Shown: positions 18,586-28,719 of the stretch, in pieces
How positions within the stretch are numbered: position 1 is the stretch's first letter
Layout of the letters: each line of letters starts with the position of its first letter
Origin: Alphaproteobacteria bacterium
GTDB taxonomy: Bacteria > Pseudomonadota > Alphaproteobacteria > UBA7879 > VGCX01
Assembly: GCA_016869935.1 (NCBI GenBank)
Contig: VGCX01000002.1
Span: 1-57,293, forward strand
DNA length: 57,293 nucleotides
Direction: 5' to 3'
Notes under the pieces: model-generated
Told to the model about the DNA's origin: nothing
Database searches by the model: none
The model's input: only the letters and a program-made list of their open reading frames with translations
Program-made: the position numbers and the translations under genes

Positions 18586-20575
18586 AGGAATAAGGATCTA
18601 TATCAACAGTGATTTTAAGGGTTGATGGTATAGAAAGAGAATCTAGCCAATACTTAATGACTTTTTGGATCCCAATTTCTTTTTCTGTTTTAATAAGAAA
18701 TCGCCAGCGGTACCAATGATGAAGTTTAAACAAAGGTGCTGGGGCCGGTCCAAAAACTTGAACCTTCTCATGATGGGGAATTTGGCGAGCCATTTCATGA
18801 ACGTATTTTTCCAAAAAAGAAGGGTCCTTTCCAGAAATAATCAAAGCAGCAAGTTTTCCAAAAGGAGGAAACTTTAGTGCGGATCGACTCTCTAATTCAA
18901 GATCTAAAAATCTTTTGTGGTCGTAGTTTTGAATGGCTTGCATAACAGGATGTTCAGGAGTGTGTGTTTGGATTAAAACAGAACCTGGAAGGTTTTGGCG
19001 TCCGGCTCGTCCTCCTACTTGATATAAAAGTTGATAGGTTTTTTCTGGGGCTCTAAGGTCTCCGCCGCCTAAGCTCATATCTCCATCAATAACGCCGACC
19101 AATGTTAAAAAAGGGAAGTGATGGCCTTTTGCCATGACTTGAGTCCCTATAATAATGTCGACTTCTTGTCCATGGATCTTTTTAAAAGAAGCCTCGGTTT
19201 TTTTAGGGGATGATAATGTATCACTGGTCATAATCAGTAAGCGAGCGTTTGGAAAAAGAGTCTTTATTTCTTCTTCAATACGTTCAACACCTGGACCACA
19301 AGGAGAAAGTCCTTGATGATTGCATTCTGGGCAATGAGAGGGCAGCTTATGAGAGTAATTACATTGATGACATTGCATCATTTGAGATGCTTTATGATAG
19401 ACAAGCCATGTAGTGCAGTTAGGACATTCCATATGATGACCACAGGCATGGCAAATTAATAAAGGAGCATATCCCCTTCGATTTAAAAAAAGAAGAGATT
19501 GTTCGTTATTATCGAGTGTTTTTTGAATAGCTTCTTTTAAAGGAGGAGAAATCCATTTTATAACTTTATCCCCTTTTACTTTTTTCATGTCCACTAAAGT
19601 AACAGACGGTAAAGTGGAGACACCGTGTCTTTCTGGAAGGATAAGATGTTTATACTTCCCTTGCTGAACATTATAGAGAGTTTCTAGGGAGGGGGTCGCT
19701 GATGAGAGAACGATAGGGCATTGTTCTAACTGAGCCCGCATTACGGCAACATCTCGTGCATGATAAACAACGCCTGTTTCTTGCTTATAGCTATGATCAT
19801 GCTCTTCATCAACAACAATATACCCCAGATTTTGATAGGGAAGAAAAAGGGCTGATCTTGCCCCTACAATAACGGAGGCCTCGCCGTTAACAATAGATCT
19901 CCAAGCCTTTTTCTTTTTTGCTGGTGTAATATCAGAATGCCAAATTGTAGGTGTTATTCCAAAGCGATCTATAAAACGATCAACCCAGGCAGCGCTTAGA
20001 GAAATCTCTGGAACTAATATGAGAGATTGCCTCCCTTTTCCGTAGGCTTCTTTAATGCCTTCAAAATAGACTTCTGTTTTTCCAGATCCTGTAACTCCCT
20101 CTAATAAGAAAGGTTGAAATTCTTTTTTTGCTACGGCTTCTTTTAAAGCAGTTGCCGAAAAATTTTGGTCATGATTCAAAAGAGAAGGTTTTATATCAAG
20201 ACTCTTGGCATTAGAGAGGAAATCTTTTTCTGATTCTTTTAGTGTTTCGGGCACACTGATAGTCATTTTCAGAACGGATCCTAGGGGCGCTAAAGTATAT
20301 CGAGCGGTCCATTCTAGTAATTTTCTTGCAGCTGGTGAAAGAGGCGGAAGACTAGAGATGGATCGAATTTCTTTAATTTGATGTTCTGGCAGTGTTGATA
20401 AAACATTGGTTTCCCAAACAACGCCCCATACGAGTGACTTTCCAAAGGGTACTTGAACATAGTGGCCAACCTCTACAAAGGATTCTTTAGGAACAAAATA
20501 ATCAAAAGGAGCATGAAATGGTTTTGGGAGCAAAACACGAACAATTGATGGTTTTAATTGGTAATGGGCTGACAT
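18578..20575 (-). CDS. priA: Primosomal protein N' (replication restart helicase PriA)
   Basis: 665 aa. Walker A GVTGSGKT, DEEHD box, Cys-rich zinc module (CHACGHHMECPNC...CHQC...CPEC). Confidence 0.9.
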   Translation of the reverse strand: MSAHYQLKPSIVRVLLPKPFHAPFDYFVPKESFVEVGHYVQVPFGKSLVWGVVWETNVLSTLPEHQIKEIRSISSLPPLSPAARKLLEWTARYTLAPLGSVLKMTISVPETLKESEKDFLSNAKSLDIKPSLLNHDQNFSATALKEAVAKKEFQPFLLEGVTGSGKTEVYFEGIKEAYGKGRQSLILVPEISLSAAWVDRFIDRFGITPTIWHSDITPAKKKKAWRSIVNGEASVIVGARSALFLPYQNLGYIVVDEEHDHSYKQETGVVYHARDVAVMRAQLEQCPIVLSSATPSLETLYNVQQGKYKHLILPERHGVSTLPSVTLVDMKKVKGDKVIKWISPPLKEAIQKTLDNNEQSLLFLNRRGYAPLLICHACGHHMECPNCTTWLVYHKASQMMQCHQCNYSHKLPSHCPECNHQGLSPCGPGVERIEEEIKTLFPNARLLIMTSDTLSSPKKTEASFKKIHGQEVDIIIGTQVMAKGHHFPFLTLVGVIDGDMSLGGGDLRAPEKTYQLLYQVGGRAGRQNLPGSVLIQTHTPEHPVMQAIQNYDHKRFLDLELESRSALKFPPFGKLAALIISGKDPSFLEKYVHEMARQIPHHEKVQVFGPAPAPLFKLHHWYRWRFLIKTEKEIGIQKVIKYWLDSLSIPSTLKITVDIDPYSFT

Positions 20576-20644
20576 ACTCTATAATTTTCGTTAGTATTAT
20601 GACATAACATTCTACATAGGATTAGGAAAAGTGAGGAGAAAAAA

Positions 20645-21301
20645 ATGAAGTTTTTTGTCGATGGAGCAGATGTCCAAGAAATAAAAGCACTTTCTGAGAT
20701 AGGTATGGTAGATGGTATTACAACAAATCCCTCTATTATTGCAAAAACGGGAAAAAACTTTTTTAAAGTTATCGAGGAACTTTGTGCCCTAACGCAAGGG
20801 CCTGTTAGCGCAGAGGTAACAGCATTAGATGCCAAAACAATGATTCAAGAGGCTCTTAAACTTAGAACAATCGCCTCCAATGTGTGTATTAAAGTTCCCT
20901 TAACAGAAGAAGGCCTAAAAGCTTGTTATGAACTGCGTCAAAAAGATATTATGGTCAATGTGACACTTTGTTTTTCTGCGCTTCAAGCAATAATGGCTGC
21001 AAAAGCTGGGGCCACCTATGTTTCCCCTTTCATTGGCCGACTGGATGATATTGGTCATAATGGGTTGCATCTTATCGAAGAAATTTGTCAAATCTATGAT
21101 CAATACCCAGAATTTTCGACAGAGGTCCTTGCAGCGTCAGTTCGAAGCCCCTTTCAGATAAGGGAAATCGCTTTGATGGGTGCAGACGTTGTAACAGCCC
21201 CATCATCAATTATTCGGTCAATGGTTAAGCACCCCTTAACAGATAAAGGAATTGTGGATTTTTTAAAAGACTGGGAAAAAACAGGCCAATCTATTTTATA
21301 G
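20645..21301 (+). CDS. tal: Short-type transaldolase / fructose-6-phosphate aldolase family protein
   Basis: 218 aa. MKFFVDGADVQEIK...GITTNPS is typical of the about 220-aa TalC/Fsa subfamily. Confidence 0.85.
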   Translation: MKFFVDGADVQEIKALSEIGMVDGITTNPSIIAKTGKNFFKVIEELCALTQGPVSAEVTALDAKTMIQEALKLRTIASNVCIKVPLTEEGLKACYELRQKDIMVNVTLCFSALQAIMAAKAGATYVSPFIGRLDDIGHNGLHLIEEICQIYDQYPEFSTEVLAASVRSPFQIREIALMGADVVTAPSSIIRSMVKHPLTDKGIVDFLKDWEKTGQSIL

Positions 21302-21310
21302 GATACTATC

Positions 21311-22204
21311 GTGCATTCTATTTTTTTTGAATGGCTCCAGTGGCTTCAAAAAGAAAAGCGTCTTTCAGAAAATACCTTAAAGGCCTATCAAAAAGACCTC
21401 GATGGGTTTTTTTTCTTTCTTCAAAATCATTTGGGCGAAGAGATATCAATCAAAATAATAGAATCCTTAAAAGCACAAGATTTTCGAGCATGGCTTGCCT
21501 TTCTTTCGCAAAAAAAAATGGCAAAAACATCGATAGCACGATCGATGTCTGTTATCAGAAGCTTTTTTAAGTATCTTGATCAGCAAAATATAGTTCATAA
21601 TACAGTTTTAAAAAATATAAAGTCTCCAAAACTTCCTTTTTCTCTTCCAAAATCTTTATCACAAACACAAATGAAAGATTTTCTAAACGCTGTGACAGAA
21701 GATAATGGATGGACTGATCTTAGAAATAAGGCTCTTTTTATCCTGCTTTACGGAGCGGGACTTAGAATTAGCGAAGCATTATCTCTCAATTGTTCTACGG
21801 TTAGAAATAAAGATACCCTTGTGATTAAGGGGAAAGGGGGGAAGGAACGTTTAGTTCCCCTTCTGTCGTCCGTACAAAAATCATTACAAGAATATCTGAA
21901 TGGTTTCCCCTTTTCTATAGAGGAGGATACACCTTTATTCATTGGCATTAAGGGGCAGAGACTTAATATTAGCGTTGCAGAAAAAGAGGTAAGAGATCTA
22001 AGGCGATCTTTAAATTTACCAGAGACAGTAACCCCGCATGCTTTACGCCACAGTTTTGCAACCCATCTTTTGGAAGGCAACGGTGATCTTCGAACGATCC
22101 AAGAACTTTTGGGGCACGCGTCTCTTTCAACAACCCAGCGTTATACTCACGCAAGCCGAGCACGACTAAAAGAAGTCTATCAATCTACACATCCGCGCGC
22201 ATAA
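21311..22204 (+). CDS. xerC: Tyrosine recombinase XerC/XerD family (XerC versus XerD not resolvable by eye)
   Basis: GTG start. ALRHSFATHLL and LGHASLSTTQRYTH catalytic R/H-x-x-R/Y regions, and an N-terminal SAM-like domain. Confidence 0.8.
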   Translation: MHSIFFEWLQWLQKEKRLSENTLKAYQKDLDGFFFFLQNHLGEEISIKIIESLKAQDFRAWLAFLSQKKMAKTSIARSMSVIRSFFKYLDQQNIVHNTVLKNIKSPKLPFSLPKSLSQTQMKDFLNAVTEDNGWTDLRNKALFILLYGAGLRISEALSLNCSTVRNKDTLVIKGKGGKERLVPLLSSVQKSLQEYLNGFPFSIEEDTPLFIGIKGQRLNISVAEKEVRDLRRSLNLPETVTPHALRHSFATHLLEGNGDLRTIQELLGHASLSTTQRYTHASRARLKEVYQSTHPRA

Positions 22205-22254
22205 AATTTTAAGTTGTATTATTTGACTTAAGGAGTTGCTTTTGTAGATAAGCC

Positions 22255-23835
22255 ATGGTACAGATGAATCTAAGTTCACTTCTAAGCTTATACAGTTGGT
22301 TTATGGATACGCACGCTCACGCAGGACAATCTTTTTCAAAAGTGCGCTCTTTCTTATTCCCAATTTACAAAAACGAATTTAAAAAAATTATTCCTATGGG
22401 CCTTATGATGGCTTTAATAGCCTTTAATTTTTGGCTCGCCCACAACGCTAAAGATATCATTATTATCTCTGCTCCAGAATCAGGGGCGGAGGTTATCCAC
22501 TTTTTAAAGGTAGGGGTTTTTGTTTTCTCTATCATTTTTGTGATGATCTATACCTGGATTTCTAACTTTATTAGTCAAAGAGCAATTTTTTATGGGATTA
22601 TAAGTCTTTTTATGGGGTTCTTTCTCTTGTTTGCTTTTGTTATTTATCCCCATCAAGATATATGCCATATGGCACCAGAAAAAATTGCTCATCTGAAAAT
22701 ACTTTATTCTCATTTTAAGTGGCTTATTCCTGCCATTGGATATTGGGGGTTTGCTCTGTTTTATATTTTTTCTGAAATGTGGTCTGTTCTTGTGATTACA
22801 CTTCTTTTTTGGCAATTTGCTAATCAAATTACAACAGTTGAACAATCTAAAAGATGCTATATGGTGTTTAGTATGTTTAATGGCCTTGGGGCTATCGTCG
22901 CAGGGCTTTTCTTATTGTTTTATGCGCATGCTAAAGAGGAAAATTATTTTGATCCTCATGCCTATGGGGATACAATAAAAGAAATGTTTTTGTTTTTTGT
23001 GGTCTCTTGCGCCTTAATCATGGCTCTTTATTATTGGATTAATAAATATACTGTTCGAGAGAGAGAACAGTATCATACGCAAGATGAAAGTCCTACGCCT
23101 AAGAAAAACAAGATTCAGTTGTCTTTCTTAGAGAGCTTTAAGTACATCCTTAAGTCTCGTTATGTAGGCTATATTGCAATCATGACGATCGCCTTCAATG
23201 TGGGAATCAATTTTGTAGAGGTTACCTGGAAAAGTCAGATTAAAATCCTTCATCAAACCCATCATGGTATTCAGGGATATCTTGGCAACGTAACCTTATA
23301 TATGGGTATTATTACCTTTTTAATGGCGCTGATTGGTTTAAACTTTGTTAGACGTGTTAGCTGGAGAAGAAGTGCCCTTGTAACCCCAATCCTTATGGGG
23401 ATTACAGGATTTGCTTTTTTTGCCCTTACTTTGTTTGATGAAGCGTTTTCACCCTTAATTTCATTTTTAGGTGTAACGCCGTTGATGATGTCTGTCTGGA
23501 TGGGCCAAGCCAACAATCTTTTGAGTAAGAGCTGTAAGTTTAGTTTCTTTGATGTCACAAGAGAAATGGCCTATATTCCTCTAGATGCTGAGCTAAAAGT
23601 TAAAGGAAAAGCAGCCGTTGATATTATGGGCGGGCGTGTTGGTAAATTGGCAGGATCTTTGGTCCAAGGTTTTTTCCTTTCTTTAATTCCTTGTGCTACA
23701 CAACTATCGATTGCTCCTTATATCGCCCTTCTTTTAGCCGTTGTTTTGGTTTTTTGGGTTGTGGCTATCCGGGGGCTTCACAAGGAATTCCTTTATGTTG
23801 CCTATGGTAAAAAACCTGATGAAAAATCATTATGA
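22255..23835 (+). CDS. tlc: ATP/ADP translocase-type nucleotide transporter (Tlc/NTT family)
   Basis: 526 aa, about 12 TM. N-terminal FSKVRSFLFPIYKNEFKKIIPMGLMMALIAFNF...AKDIIII matches my memory of the Rickettsia/Chlamydia Tlc N-terminus. The start codon is uncertain within the first 20 codons. Confidence 0.85.
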   Translation: MVQMNLSSLLSLYSWFMDTHAHAGQSFSKVRSFLFPIYKNEFKKIIPMGLMMALIAFNFWLAHNAKDIIIISAPESGAEVIHFLKVGVFVFSIIFVMIYTWISNFISQRAIFYGIISLFMGFFLLFAFVIYPHQDICHMAPEKIAHLKILYSHFKWLIPAIGYWGFALFYIFSEMWSVLVITLLFWQFANQITTVEQSKRCYMVFSMFNGLGAIVAGLFLLFYAHAKEENYFDPHAYGDTIKEMFLFFVVSCALIMALYYWINKYTVREREQYHTQDESPTPKKNKIQLSFLESFKYILKSRYVGYIAIMTIAFNVGINFVEVTWKSQIKILHQTHHGIQGYLGNVTLYMGIITFLMALIGLNFVRRVSWRRSALVTPILMGITGFAFFALTLFDEAFSPLISFLGVTPLMMSVWMGQANNLLSKSCKFSFFDVTREMAYIPLDAELKVKGKAAVDIMGGRVGKLAGSLVQGFFLSLIPCATQLSIAPYIALLLAVVLVFWVVAIRGLHKEFLYVAYGKKPDEKSL

Positions 23836-24281
23836 TTACAACTCGTCACATTTACATAGGATCTGACCACGCAGGATATGCATTAAAACAGTATCTTCTG
23901 GATGCTTTTAAGGAAAAGAATTTTATTGATTGTGGTGTTTATAGCGACCAGTTATCCAACTATGCTCTTGTTGCTCATGATGTTGCCCTAAAGGTTAAAA
24001 ATGAGCCTAAAAGCGTTGGTATTATTATTTGTGGAACAGGAATCGGCGTATCTATTGCTGCCAATCGTCACCCAGGGATTCGTGCCGCTCTTTGTCATAA
24101 TGTGGACACAGCAAAGACAGCGCGCCTTCATAATGATGCTAATATTTTAGCGCTGGGGGCTAGAATTGTTGATGAAAAAACAGCCTTTAATTGTGTAAAA
24201 ATATTCTTAGATACTCCTTTTGAAGGCGGACGCCATGAAGAGCGAGTCTCTTCAATTGATTATTATGGAGAAAAGCCATGA
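23832..24281 (+). CDS. rpiB: Ribose-5-phosphate isomerase B
   Basis: 149 aa. [11 protein letters not shown] and [14 protein letters not shown] motifs. Confidence 0.88.
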   Translation: MITTRHIYIGSDHAGYALKQYLLDAFKEKNFIDCGVYSDQLSNYALVAHDVALKVKNEPKSVGIIICGTGIGVSIAANRHPGIRAALCHNVDTAKTARLHNDANILALGARIVDEKTAFNCVKIFLDTPFEGGRHEERVSSIDYYGEKP

Positions 24282-25543
24282 CAATGATTTCTTACGTTTT
24301 AAAACAAGATCCAGATCTTGCAAGAGCTCTTCAAGGAGAGCTAGATCGTCAACGCCAAACAATTGAATTAATCGCCTCTGAAAATTTTACTTCTCGCGCA
24401 GTTTTAGAAGCACAAGGATCTGTTCTAACAAATAAATATGCTGAAGGGTATCCAGGGCGTCGTTACTATGGGGGCTGTGAATATGTTGATCAAGCAGAAA
24501 TCCTTGCCATTGATCGAGCAAAAAAATTGTTTTCTTGTGCCTATGCAAATGTGCAACCTCACTCAGGCGCTCAAGCAAACGAAGCAGTTTTTCTAGCACT
24601 TCTTAATCCAGGGGATACATTTTTAGGTATGTCTCTTGATGCAGGCGGACACCTGACTCATGGATCAAGGGTCAGTATGTCAGGCAAATGGTTTAATGCG
24701 ATTGGTTATGGGGTTTTGGCATCAACAGGTCTTATTGACTATGATCAAGTCCAGATTCTTGCAAACGAACATAAGCCTAAGCTTATTATTGCAGGGGGCT
24801 CTTCTTATGCTCGTATTATTGATTTTAAGCGATTTAGAGAAATTGCTGATTCTGTCGGGGCGTATCTTATGGTAGATATGGCGCATTTTGCAGGTCTTGT
24901 AGCAGGGGGTGTTTATCCAAGTCCTCTCCCTTTTGCTCACATTGTGACCACCACAACCCATAAGACTTTACGGGGACCAAGAGGAGGTATGATTTTATCT
25001 AATGATGATGATCTTGCCAAAAAGATAGATTCTGCCGTATTTCCAGGTCTCCAAGGAGGACCATTGATGCATATCATTGCAGCAAAAGCAGTGGCTTATG
25101 GGGAAGCATTAGATAAATCATTCAAGCTTTACGCCCAACAAATTATTAATAATGCTCATGCGATGTGTGAACAGCTGAAGAGTTTGGGCGTTAATATGGT
25201 ATCTAATGGAACAGATTCACATCTGTTTTTGGTAGATCTCAGGTCTCTTGGTATTACAGGAAAAGATGCCCAGATTTCTCTTGAGAGAGCTGGTATTACC
25301 TGTAATAAAAATTCTATTCCTTTTGATCCCTTAGGTCCTCAAATTTCATCAGGGATTCGCATAGGAACGCCTGCCATAACGACACGCGGAATGAAAGAAA
25401 AAGAATCGATTCAGATTGCAACGCTTATTTACAAAGTCTTAGAAGGCATTAAAAATAAAGGGGAATCCAATAATCACTTAGCTGAACAGTCTGTTTTGGC
25501 GGACGTTAGAAATCTTTGTAGCCAGTTTCCTTTGTATTCATAA
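24278..25543 (+). CDS. glyA: Serine hydroxymethyltransferase
   Basis: 421 aa. ELIASENF and the PLP-lysine motif [14 protein letters not shown]. Confidence 0.95.
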   Translation: MTMISYVLKQDPDLARALQGELDRQRQTIELIASENFTSRAVLEAQGSVLTNKYAEGYPGRRYYGGCEYVDQAEILAIDRAKKLFSCAYANVQPHSGAQANEAVFLALLNPGDTFLGMSLDAGGHLTHGSRVSMSGKWFNAIGYGVLASTGLIDYDQVQILANEHKPKLIIAGGSSYARIIDFKRFREIADSVGAYLMVDMAHFAGLVAGGVYPSPLPFAHIVTTTTHKTLRGPRGGMILSNDDDLAKKIDSAVFPGLQGGPLMHIIAAKAVAYGEALDKSFKLYAQQIINNAHAMCEQLKSLGVNMVSNGTDSHLFLVDLRSLGITGKDAQISLERAGITCNKNSIPFDPLGPQISSGIRIGTPAITTRGMKEKESIQIATLIYKVLEGIKNKGESNNHLAEQSVLADVRNLCSQFPLYS

Positions 25544-26022
25544 TGCGCTGTCCTTTTTGCCACTTTGCTGATACTCAAGTACGTAACTCCCGACCAACAG
25601 AGGATAATACGGCAATTAGGCGCCGTCGAGAATGTCCAAACTGTGATGCGCGGTTTACAACTTTTGAACGTGTTAAATTAGGTGATCTGACCGTTATTAA
25701 ACGCAATGGAAGTCTCATGCCTTTTGAGCGGGAAAAAATCGCAAAATCTATTTATGTTGCCTTAAGAAAAAGACCTTTCAATCAAGACGATGTCGAAAAA
25801 TTTATTAGCGCCATCATTCAAAAACTCGAAAGTTTAGGAGAAAATACTATTTCTTCTAAGGTAATTGGAGAAATTGTTTTAAGAGAGCTTTGTCATTTTG
25901 ATTCTGTTGCGTACGTAAGATTTGCATCCGTTTACAAGGACTTTAAAGATTCCGATGATTTTAAAGACTTTATTGGACAGCTAACACATGAGAAAATAGG
26001 AAATAGTAATGGGAAAATTTAA
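25543..26022 (+). CDS. nrdR: Transcriptional repressor NrdR
   Basis: MRCPFC...CPNC zinc ribbon plus ATP-cone. TAATG overlap with glyA. Confidence 0.92.
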   Translation: MRCPFCHFADTQVRNSRPTEDNTAIRRRRECPNCDARFTTFERVKLGDLTVIKRNGSLMPFEREKIAKSIYVALRKRPFNQDDVEKFISAIIQKLESLGENTISSKVIGEIVLRELCHFDSVAYVRFASVYKDFKDSDDFKDFIGQLTHEKIGNSNGKI

Positions 26023-26461
26023 TCTTCATAAGCGAAGCGTTGCGCGTATTGCAGCCGTTCAAGTTCTTTATCAGTGTGCTTTAATAAAAGAAAATCCCCT
26101 TCAAGTTTTGACCGATTTTCCTAAGAACTTCGAACAAGATCTTTTAAAAGAAGTGGGGTCTAAAAATTATAGCAAAGACTTTTTAAGTCAACTTGTTTTA
26201 GAGACGACTCAACATTTAAAAGATATTGATCTTATGATAGAAAAAGCTTTGCCAGAAACATGGTCTTTTAATCGACTTGATCTCGTTCTTTTGTGTATTT
26301 TAAGGGTAGGAGTTTATGAGTTGTGGAAAATTCCAGAAACAGATAGCGCTGTTATTATCAATGAATACCTTAATGTAACTCATGCCTTTTATGGGGACAA
26401 GGAACCAGGCTTTGTGAATGGAATTTTGCATACAATTTCTAGCCATCTGCGAGGAAAGTAG
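26009..26461 (+). CDS. nusB: Transcription antitermination factor NusB
   Basis: 150 aa. ARIAAVQVLYQ N-terminus and all-helical NusB pattern. Overlaps nrdR by 14 nt. Confidence 0.85.
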   Translation: MGKFNLHKRSVARIAAVQVLYQCALIKENPLQVLTDFPKNFEQDLLKEVGSKNYSKDFLSQLVLETTQHLKDIDLMIEKALPETWSFNRLDLVLLCILRVGVYELWKIPETDSAVIINEYLNVTHAFYGDKEPGFVNGILHTISSHLRGK

Positions 26462-26535
26462 TTGAAAGTTTTATGAATTTTGTCTAAATTTTTTAATAGA
26501 TTACAAGTTTAAATAATTAATCAAGGAGTTTAATA

Positions 26536-28614
26536 GTGATAACATCAATCTACTATACCGTTTTGGGGTGTGGGGCCCTTTCTTTGCTTTATGGTCTGAT
26601 GACCGCACGATCTGTTCTTTCTGCCCCCGCAGGGACTGAGAAAATGCAGAGTATTGCACAGGCAATCCAAGAAGGTGCCCGCGCTTATCTAAATCGTCAG
26701 TATCAGACAATAGGACTTGTTGGTGCTGTTGTTGCTTCGGGACTGACCTTTTTTATGGGGCTTCATGTAGGCATAGGATTTGTGCTTGGGGCGCTTTTAT
26801 CTGGTATTGCTGGATATATTGGAATGCACATTTCTGTTCGTGCAAACGTGCGGACAGCAGAAGCGGCACGAAGTGGAATTGAAAAAGCTCTTTCTCTTGC
26901 CTTTAAATCTGGGGCTGTAACGGGAATGCTTGTGGTAGGACTTGCCCTTTTAGGATTGGCTCTTTATTACTTTTTCCTCTTAGGACAAAAAGTTAGCCCA
27001 AGAACTTTATTGGAAGGTCTTGTTGCTTTGAGTTTTGGTGCTTCTCTTATTTCAATCTTTGCACGGTTGGGGGGGGGAATTTTTACAAAAGGCGCAGATG
27101 TTGGGGCGGATCTTGTTGGAAAAATTGAAGCAGGTATCCCAGAAGATGATCCAAGAAATCCAGCGGTAATTGCTGATAACGTTGGTGATAACGTTGGCGA
27201 TTGTGCCGGAATGGCGGCTGATCTTTTTGAAACATACGTTGTAACGATCGTTGCAACAATGTTGCTTGGAAGTATTTACGTTTCTGAAGCTCAACAAGAA
27301 CTTGTGATGGCCTATCCGTTGCTTATCGCAGGTATTTGTATCGTTGGATCTTTGGTTGGGACATTCTTTGTTAAGCTTGGCAAAAGCAAGAATATCATGA
27401 CAGCTTTGTATAAAGCGCTGGTGGTTTCTGCTGGATCTTCTGCTTTGCTTATTTGGGGTGCGAGTGATGTATTGTTTGAACATCAAGCGATTACATTTGC
27501 TGAAAAAACGATTGATGGAAACAGCTTGGTTCTTTGTGCGATGATAGGCCTTGGCGTAACAGGTCTTTTGGTGTGGGTTACAGAATATTATACATCAACG
27601 CGATATCGTCCCGTTAGAAGTGTTGCTGAGGCATCTCAAACAGGTCATGCAACAAATATCATACAAGGGCTTGCCGTTTCTATGGAAGCAACAGCGCTGC
27701 CCGTCTTGATTATTTGCGTTGGGATTCTTTTCTCCTATATGGCAGGTGATCTTTATGGTATTGGTATTGCTGCAACAACAATGCTATCTCTTGCAGGAAT
27801 TGTCGTTGCTTTGGATGCTTATGGCCCTGTGACTGATAACGCTGGTGGCATTGCAGAAATGTCAGAGCTTCCAGAGGGGGTTCGAAAGGTTACAGATGCT
27901 CTTGATGCAGTTGGGAATACAACAAAAGCTGTAACTAAGGGGTATGCTATTGGTTCAGCTGCTCTTGCTTCTTTAGTGCTGTTTGCGGCTTATACAGAAG
28001 ATTTGCAACATTATTTCCCCCATCTAAATTGTGAATTTCATCTTCAAGATCCTTATGTTGTCGTTGGATTGTTTATTGGAGGTCTTTTGCCTTATCTTTT
28101 TGGGGCTATGGGTATGAAAGCTGTAGGGCGTGCAGGTGGTGCTGTTGTCGTTGAAGTCAGACGTCAGTTTAAAGAAATTAAAGGGATTATGACTGGAAAA
28201 GCAAAGCCTGATTACGGACGCGCTGTTGACTTGTTAACGAAGACCGCCATTAAGGAAATGATAATTCCTTCGTTATTGCCTATCTTGTCCCCTGTTGTTT
28301 TGTACTTTGTTGTAAATCACTTTAAGGGTCAGTCTGAAGCCTTTATTACCCTTGGGGCTATGCTTCTTGGTACGATTGTGACAGGTATATTTGTGGCATT
28401 ATCAATGACTTCTGGTGGTGGCGCTTGGGATAATGCGAAAAAATATATTGAAGACGGGCATTTTGGTGGCAAGAAATCAGAAGCGCACCATGCTGCTATT
28501 ACAGGGGATACGGTTGGCGATCCTTATAAGGATACAGCAGGGCCTGCGATCAACCCTATGATTAAGATCATCAATATTGTGGCCTTGCTTCTTTTAGTAG
28601 CTCTTGCTCACTAA
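26536..28614 (+). CDS. hppA: Membrane-bound H+-translocating pyrophosphatase, K+-independent signature
   Basis: 692 aa, GTG start. DNVGDNVGD and [14 protein letters not shown] motifs. GNTTKA (Lys rather than Ala) is the K+-independent type. Confidence 0.92.
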   Translation: MITSIYYTVLGCGALSLLYGLMTARSVLSAPAGTEKMQSIAQAIQEGARAYLNRQYQTIGLVGAVVASGLTFFMGLHVGIGFVLGALLSGIAGYIGMHISVRANVRTAEAARSGIEKALSLAFKSGAVTGMLVVGLALLGLALYYFFLLGQKVSPRTLLEGLVALSFGASLISIFARLGGGIFTKGADVGADLVGKIEAGIPEDDPRNPAVIADNVGDNVGDCAGMAADLFETYVVTIVATMLLGSIYVSEAQQELVMAYPLLIAGICIVGSLVGTFFVKLGKSKNIMTALYKALVVSAGSSALLIWGASDVLFEHQAITFAEKTIDGNSLVLCAMIGLGVTGLLVWVTEYYTSTRYRPVRSVAEASQTGHATNIIQGLAVSMEATALPVLIICVGILFSYMAGDLYGIGIAATTMLSLAGIVVALDAYGPVTDNAGGIAEMSELPEGVRKVTDALDAVGNTTKAVTKGYAIGSAALASLVLFAAYTEDLQHYFPHLNCEFHLQDPYVVVGLFIGGLLPYLFGAMGMKAVGRAGGAVVVEVRRQFKEIKGIMTGKAKPDYGRAVDLLTKTAIKEMIIPSLLPILSPVVLYFVVNHFKGQSEAFITLGAMLLGTIVTGIFVALSMTSGGGAWDNAKKYIEDGHFGGKKSEAHHAAITGDTVGDPYKDTAGPAINPMIKIINIVALLLLVALAH

Positions 28615-28635
28615 GACTCGATTTTTCGATCATGA

Positions 28636-28667
28636 AAAGCACCTTTATCAAAGGTGCTTTTTTTTTA
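28636..28667 (+). terminator. Rho-independent terminator of hppA
   Basis: AAAGCACCTTT (28636-28646) pairs with AAAGGTGCTTT (28650-28660), with a T-run through 28667. Confidence 0.7.
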
Positions 28668-28719
28668 TGATTTTCTTTGATATAAAACACCTGTAACTTT
28701 TCTTAGAGAGAGGTGTTAA

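Noticed and set aside
27052-27486. Antisense shadow ORFs inside long genes (for example 27052-27486 in hppA, 45827-46258 in pfkA, 39832-40179 in xseA, 13399-13743 in sucA)
   Set aside because: Each lies wholly within a well-supported gene on the opposite strand. None has a recognisable domain or an SD. These are a typical by-product of codon-biased coding sequence.
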